From an uncultured bacterium (GTDB taxonomy: Bacteria; Actinomycetota; Acidimicrobiia; Spongiisociales; UBA5794), in contig CAWDDT010000010.1 in NCBI GenBank assembly GCA_963801165.1, forward strand, positions 224,001 through 288,000: a stretch of DNA of 64,000 bases, given 5' to 3'. Under the pieces are notes generated by a model, which saw only the letters and a list, made by a program, of their open reading frames with translations, ran no database searches and was not told the origin of the DNA. The translations under genes were made by a program, and so were the position numbers. Shown here piece after piece: positions 59,141 through 64,000 of this stretch. Within the stretch, counting starts at the first letter, position 1, and each line of letters starts with the position of its first letter.

Positions 59141-60057
59141 CTGCGATCGCCGTCCTCGGACCAACAGCCGCCGGGAAATCGGATGTCGCCATCGAGATCG
59201 CTCGCCGCTGCGGTGGCGAGGTGGTGTCGGTCGACTCGATGCAGGTCTATCGCGGAATGGACATCGGGACGGCCAAAGCAAGTGCCGAGATGCAGGCCGA
59301 CGTCGCCCACCACCTGATTGACGTGTGCGAGCCGGAGGACGACCTGACGGTTGCCGAGTTTCAGACGCTGGGGCGGGCGGTGCTGGAGGATCTGGAGGAG
59401 TCGGGCGCTGTGCCGGTCATCTGCGGTGGATCGGGTCTCCACTTTCGTTCGCTGGTCGACCCGCTGCGGTTCCCGCCCAGCGATCCCGAGCGGCGGGCTG
59501 AGCTCGAGCTTCTTGCCGAACATGACGCGAGAGAACGTCTGCTCAGGATCGATCCCGACGCGGCCACATGGGTGGATCTGGCGAATCCGAGGAGGGTGGT
59601 GAGGGCGTTGGAGGTGGCGCTGCTGACCGGCGAGACTCCGTCGTCTCGGGCGGGCTCTGGCGAGTCGGAGGCAATCCGAACCTACCAACCGGAGGTCGAC
59701 TTCGTGGCCATCGGGCTTGATCCGGGCGTTGAGTTGGCGGAGAGGGTAGAGCAGCGGTTCGACGGTATGCTCGCCGCCGGTCTGGTGGATGAGGTCGAGA
59801 AGCTGAGAGACAGACTAGGTCGCCAGGCCGGACAGGCGGTCGGCTACAAGCAACTCATCCCTGTCGTTGACGGAACCGAGGGTCTCGAGTCGGCAAGACA
59901 GGCGGCCATCCAGGCGACGCGCTCGCTGGCCAAGCGACAAAGGACCTTCTTTCGTAGAGATCCGCGCATCGTGTGGTTACCCTGGCAGCCTGATCCGGTG
60001 CAGCGCGCCGGAAGGGCGATCGCAGAGTTGAACGGGCGTCTCCAATGGAATTCGTGA
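59137..60057 (+). CDS. miaA: tRNA dimethylallyltransferase (probable CTG start overlapping the miaB stop)
   Basis: GPTAAGKS upstream of first canonical start 59221, DSMQVYRGMDIGTAK, AKRQRTFF. Confidence 0.92.
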   Translation: MTAIAVLGPTAAGKSDVAIEIARRCGGEVVSVDSMQVYRGMDIGTAKASAEMQADVAHHLIDVCEPEDDLTVAEFQTLGRAVLEDLEESGAVPVICGGSGLHFRSLVDPLRFPPSDPERRAELELLAEHDARERLLRIDPDAATWVDLANPRRVVRALEVALLTGETPSSRAGSGESEAIRTYQPEVDFVAIGLDPGVELAERVEQRFDGMLAAGLVDEVEKLRDRLGRQAGQAVGYKQLIPVVDGTEGLESARQAAIQATRSLAKRQRTFFRRDPRIVWLPWQPDPVQRAGRAIAELNGRLQWNS

Positions 60058-60794
60058 AGATGCAAGGGCTCGGAAACGATTTCGTGGTCGTCGCCGGCCC
60101 CCTACAACTGAACGCCGAGCAGATCAGGACCTGGTGCGATCGGCGGAGGGGCATCGGGGCCGACGGCGTGCTCGAGGTCACTCCGATCGACCCGTGGTCG
60201 GTGCGGATGCGCTATTGGAATGCAGACGGGAGCCTGGCCGAGATATGCGGCAACGGCCTTCGCTGCGTCGCCCGCTACGCCGCAGACCGCGGCTGGGTGG
60301 AAGAGGACTCGTTTGTCGTGGAAACCTCAGTCGGTCCGCGCCCGGTCGAGCTGCAGCCGGACGGCACGGTCCGTGCCTACCTCGGGAAGGCCGAACAGGG
60401 CGATGATGTGGCGGTCAACGACCTCACGATGCACACGGTGAATCTGGGCAATCCCCATGCCATCCAGTGGGTCGCCGACTCGCAGCAGGCACCGGTGACG
60501 ACCGTGGGCCCGGTGATCGAAACGGCCGCGGTCTTCCCCAGAGGTACCAATGCCGAGTTCGCCCACCTGGCCGGGACCGACTTGATCGAGCTGCGTGTTT
60601 GGGAGAGGGGAGTGGGGGAGACCCTGGCCTGCGGGACCGGAGCTGCGGCGACCGCTTACCTGGCTCACCGCCAGGGCAAGGTGGGGTCGGAAGTGACCAT
60701 ACAGCTGCTCGGTGGAGCGCTGACGGTGACCATCGACGACGACGAGGTGTGGATCGAGGGTCCCGCCGTGACCGTATTTGCCGGGACGGTCTGA
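60045..60794 (+). CDS. dapF: Diaminopimelate epimerase
   Basis: GLGNDF, CGNGLRC, GNPH, ERGVGETLACGTG. Confidence 0.95.
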   Translation: MEFVKMQGLGNDFVVVAGPLQLNAEQIRTWCDRRRGIGADGVLEVTPIDPWSVRMRYWNADGSLAEICGNGLRCVARYAADRGWVEEDSFVVETSVGPRPVELQPDGTVRAYLGKAEQGDDVAVNDLTMHTVNLGNPHAIQWVADSQQAPVTTVGPVIETAAVFPRGTNAEFAHLAGTDLIELRVWERGVGETLACGTGAAATAYLAHRQGKVGSEVTIQLLGGALTVTIDDDEVWIEGPAVTVFAGTV

Positions 60795-60801
60795 GCGGCG
60801 G

Positions 60802-61434
60802 CTATTGCACTCGGCGCAACAGCGCCACCACGACACCGAGGATCTCGACGCCGTCGCTGAAAACCATGGGCGGGTAGGCCGGGTTCTCGGCCTTGAGAAC
60901 GACCCGGCCGTCGAGTCGCCGTATGCGCTTGACAGTTGCCTCTTCACCGTCGATGAGGGCGGCGACGATCGTTCCGTCCGCCGCCGTGCTCTGCTTTCGG
61001 ATCACGACGTAGTCGCCGTCGAAGATCCCGGCATCGATCATGGAGTCGCCCTTGATCTCGAGCATGAACACGGGGTCATCGCCGACGAGTTCGACGGGGA
61101 GCGGGTAGATCTCGTCGATGTCCTCCGCGGCCAGGATGGGTGAGCCGGCGGCGATACGGCCAACCTTGGGTACGTCCCGGATGGGAGCACGATGCAGTGA
61201 CCGCACGTCGTCACCGGGGTCGATCACCTCGATGGCGCGGGGTTTGCTCGGGTCGCGCCGGAGATAGCCGGCCTTCACGAGAGTCGAAAGGTGGCTGTGA
61301 ACCGTGGATGGTGAGCTGAGACCGACCGACTCACCGATCTCCCGCACCGACGGTGGATAGCCGCGCTCGGCGACCGTCTGGAGGATGAGATCGAGGATCT
61401 CTCGCTGGCGGGCCGATAGCTTCTTGCGCTCCAT
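60802..61434 (-). CDS. lexA: SOS repressor LexA
   Basis: YPPSVREIG, AAG cleavage site, GDSM, TVKR. Confidence 0.96.
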   Translation of the reverse strand: MERKKLSARQREILDLILQTVAERGYPPSVREIGESVGLSSPSTVHSHLSTLVKAGYLRRDPSKPRAIEVIDPGDDVRSLHRAPIRDVPKVGRIAAGSPILAAEDIDEIYPLPVELVGDDPVFMLEIKGDSMIDAGIFDGDYVVIRKQSTAADGTIVAALIDGEEATVKRIRRLDGRVVLKAENPAYPPMVFSDGVEILGVVVALLRRVQ

Positions 61435-61488
61435 GTCGAGTTGCCTTTCTCGCGACACGCCGACCTTAGCCAGGATTTCGCGAGAAGC

Positions 61489-61556
61489 CAAACATATGTT
61501 CGACTTGACAGTCGAACGCCTGTTCGTTTATCGTGATTTGTACGAACAGATGTTCG
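61489..61556. promoter_or_regulatory. Three LexA boxes (61489-61502, 61513-61526, 61543-61556) around a TTGACA-N18-TATCGT promoter
   Basis: CAAACATATGTTCG, CGAACGCCTGTTCG, CGAACAGATGTTCG. Confidence 0.9.
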
Positions 61557-61606
61557 CCATCCGGATCGGAAGACACCGTCAACGGACCGGGACACGAGAG
61601 AAAACG

Positions 61607-61628
61607 TGTCACACCCAGGCGATACGGT
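61607..61628 (+). promoter_or_regulatory. RecA-NDp/PafBC-type promoter motif upstream of the LysM gene
   Basis: TGTCAC-N10-TACGGT. Confidence 0.6.
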
Positions 61629-61715
61629 CTGTTGAGAGGCCCGGGAGACCGGGCCGCCGGTCAGAGGTTCCGGCTGGGGCCCGGCCGGGGACGGAAAGGA
61701 CGAAGGAGAAACGCG

Positions 61716-62003
61716 ATGCCACGATATTTGACCACTCCATCTCGGTTCCTGGTCATCATCTCCACATTCGTGGTGGCGCTGGTGCTCCTACTTTCCTCCT
61801 CGGTCCGGGCGGCGGGGCCGGAACCGACGACCGTCGACTATCGAGTGCGGTCCGGCGACACGCTGTGGAATATCGCCGCCGTCGTTGCGCCGGACGGCGA
61901 CGTGCGTGACATTGTCGCCGAGATCAAGCACCTGAACGACCTCGACACGAGCCTCATCAAGCCCGGACAGGTGCTGGTGGTACCGGGCGACAGCGAAGTC
62001 TGA
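61716..62003 (+). CDS. LysM-domain membrane protein, YneA/ChiZ-like SOS division inhibitor
   Basis: TM helix + LysM (YRVRSGDTLWNIA...IKPGQVL); divergent from lexA; SD AAGGAG. Confidence 0.85.
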   Translation: MPRYLTTPSRFLVIISTFVVALVLLLSSSVRAAGPEPTTVDYRVRSGDTLWNIAAVVAPDGDVRDIVAEIKHLNDLDTSLIKPGQVLVVPGDSEV

Positions 62004-62064
62004 TCAAGCCTCAGCTACGTCGCGGGTCCGCACAAGGCTGTTGCGCTGGTACTCTCGTCGGGCA

Positions 62065-62517
62065 ATGCACTGCCAGATGTGCGATTCCGAAGATACGAAA
62101 GTCATAGACAGCCGCTCCGCTGAGGAGGGCATGTCGATTCGTCGCCGCCGCGAATGTATCTATTGCGGGCACAGGTTCACCACGTTCGAGCGCCCGGCGT
62201 ACGAGCAGATGGTGCGCAAGCGTGATGGCCGCCTCGAGCCGTTCTCGGCTAACAAGGTGAGAATCGGCATCGAACAGGCGCTTGCGGACAGCCCGGTACC
62301 AGCCGGGCTGGTCGAGGCGCTGGTTCTGGAAACCGAGAGCCTGTTCTCACCGAAGACACCTGTAGTGCCTGCCGCCGACATCGGCGACACGGTGCTCGAG
62401 GGGCTGCGGGCTGCCGACGAGGTCGCCTATCTACGGTTTGCGTCCGTATACAAGGACTTCACAGGGGCCGGCGATTTCGAGCGGGAGATGGCCAGCCTCG
62501 AGGACAGGAACCGCTGA
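62065..62517 (+). CDS. nrdR: Transcriptional repressor NrdR
   Basis: CxxC..VIDSR..RRRREC..C..RFTTFE, AYLRFASVYK. Confidence 0.96.
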   Translation: MHCQMCDSEDTKVIDSRSAEEGMSIRRRRECIYCGHRFTTFERPAYEQMVRKRDGRLEPFSANKVRIGIEQALADSPVPAGLVEALVLETESLFSPKTPVVPAADIGDTVLEGLRAADEVAYLRFASVYKDFTGAGDFEREMASLEDRNR

Positions 62518-62579
62518 GCGGGTGGGCTGATAAAACCGCCGGGCTCCGCGGTTGTCGAGCATCGGCCTTTGGGCCCGGC

Positions 62580-62742
62580 CCCACGGTCTCTCATCCCGTC
62601 ATCGCCTTCGAACCGCCAACGTCGGCGACGCCGACGCCACTTCTCCCGCAGGGAGAAGGATCATCCTCCCTCTGGGAGGATCGACCGGCCCGAAGGGCCA
62701 GGTCGAGGAGCGCCTTGCGAATCGGTCCAGATGCCCAGAAAG
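62580..62742 (+). repeat. Dispersed REP/MITE-like palindromic element, copy 2
   Basis: Similar to 1892-2053; lies between convergent genes. Confidence 0.85.
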
Positions 62743-62820
62743 ATTGCAGCCGAGATCGCGGCTCGACCCAGGGGAGGGGCACAGCCGGCGGCGGTCGGCT
62801 CGAGAAGTCGCGGCTCCCGC

Positions 62821-64000
62821 CTATGGGGCGGGTTCTTCGCCGGTGGCGAGCGCAACCACCTCGTCTATCGAGCTGGCGAGGTCGATCAGATCAGCGTCGG
62901 TCTGACGACGAATCTGCGCAAGGGGCGTCACCAGAGCCGCATCGAGCTGCTCGATGTCATAGCGGATATCACCGATGAGAGCCTCAGCAGCCACCGTGTC
63001 CTGCGTCCGCAAGGCCTCCACGTAATCCACCTGCCAGGTGGCGAACGTCTTGTTCAGCTCCAGCGCCCGGGCACGATGCTCTGATAGGGAAACATCGTCC
63101 GGGAGTTCGGAGAGGATCGAAGCGGACTCCGCCTGAGCCGAGGCGAGCGCCACCCGCAGATCAGCTTGTGTCGCATCGTCGGCGGACGTGGGCAGGTCCG
63201 GGAGAGTGAGGAAATCCTGCATCAGGGTGCGGTACTGGACGAGGTTGGCGATTCGCTGCTGGATCGTCAGCGCGGTGGTCGCCAGCGGTTCGAGACGTTG
63301 CTGGATCGGGGCGAGCTCATCAATCGGCGCCGAAGAGGTGAAAGGGAGCGTGCTGGGGAGCGGTTCCCGACCGGCATGATCCACTCCCGTGGCCTTGGCG
63401 CTTAGCGAGGTGAGTTGTGTGGAGAGGTTGTTGAGCGCAGTGACGGTCGAGGTGGGCTCGGTCGCGACAGCAAGGGAGTCCTGGGTGTCGGGGAGCTCGG
63501 CACGCAAACCGTGTAGGGCCTCCACCATCATCGCCCGGTGGGCGTCGGCACGATTCCTGGTGATGGACGGCAGAAGCACCAGCCCAACTATCACGAGAGC
63601 CAGGACCGCGATGGTCGCCACCACCGACGTCCATCGGAAGCTTCGCGACAAGGACATGGTGCTGTCCATGTCATCGGGTACCCATCCCTCGATCGGACCC
63701 TCAGAAGCGTGAGCCGTCCATAGCTGGCCGACCATCTCGGCCGATCGCTCGCTCGGCGATTGATGCGGCTCGTCCTCCGACTCGGGCTGCTCGTCGCCCG
63801 GCTCGAGCTCCTCGTCCGCTGCGACGGGCTCATGGTCCTCGAGCACGACGTCATCCGGAGCCACGGATAGTTCTGCTGCTTCCGTGACGGGCGATACCGG
63901 CTCGGCTACGAAAGCAGCCTCGGGTGCATCGTCAGTCTCCGGGGCTGACACGGTCTCTTCTTCCTCCGGGGCGATGAGGAACGGCGTGGGTTCGTCCAAG
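62821..64000 (-). CDS. Hypothetical single-TM membrane protein (5' end probably beyond window)
   Basis: Acidic disordered N-region, one TM helix, helical C-domain; frame open to window edge. Confidence 0.7.
   Translation of the reverse strand, partial: LDEPTPFLIAPEEEETVSAPETDDAPEAAFVAEPVSPVTEAAELSVAPDDVVLEDHEPVAADEELEPGDEQPESEDEPHQSPSERSAEMVGQLWTAHASEGPIEGWVPDDMDSTMSLSRSFRWTSVVATIAVLALVIVGLVLLPSITRNRADAHRAMMVEALHGLRAELPDTQDSLAVATEPTSTVTALNNLSTQLTSLSAKATGVDHAGREPLPSTLPFTSSAPIDELAPIQQRLEPLATTALTIQQRIANLVQYRTLMQDFLTLPDLPTSADDATQADLRVALASAQAESASILSELPDDVSLSEHRARALELNKTFATWQVDYVEALRTQDTVAAEALIGDIRYDIEQLDAALVTPLAQIRRQTDADLIDLASSIDEVVALATGEEPAP

Overview
High-GC bacterial chromosomal segment, most consistent with an Actinomycetota genome (likely Acidimicrobiia-like; inferred from gene content, Gram-positive GAAC-N4-GTTC SOS boxes, PafBC-type promoter motifs and many leaderless genes). 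It is mostly housekeeping. The right half carries the familiar actinobacterial backbone M16 peptidase-dapB-(cnoX)-dapA-rnj-ftsK...rimO-cinA-thpR-recA-rny-miaB-miaA-dapF-lexA-LysM-nrdR. The left half has metabolic and stress genes (ThDP enzyme, sixA, yhhN, ferritin, serC, aspartate aminotransferase, aroQ fusion, ABC exporters, lhr, LOG, yajQ, arfB, clpP). No rRNA, tRNA, CRISPR array, transposase or integrase was seen. Most notable: (1) a two-gene HExxH/VWA + MoxR-type AAA+ module whose ATPase has reciprocally swapped Walker A/B residues (GKD / hhhSE); (2) an AroQ-alpha/beta-hydrolase fusion; (3) a PabB-PabC fusion whose PabB catalytic motifs look degenerate; (4) three genes (ABC exporter, kynU, miaA) that appear to need non-canonical start codons; (5) a structured leader upstream of rny; (6) an ArsR/SRPBCC-clpP divergon with twin operators; (7) a frameshifted lhr and several REP-like/tandem repeats. 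All calls are from motif recognition by eye; no database searches were run.
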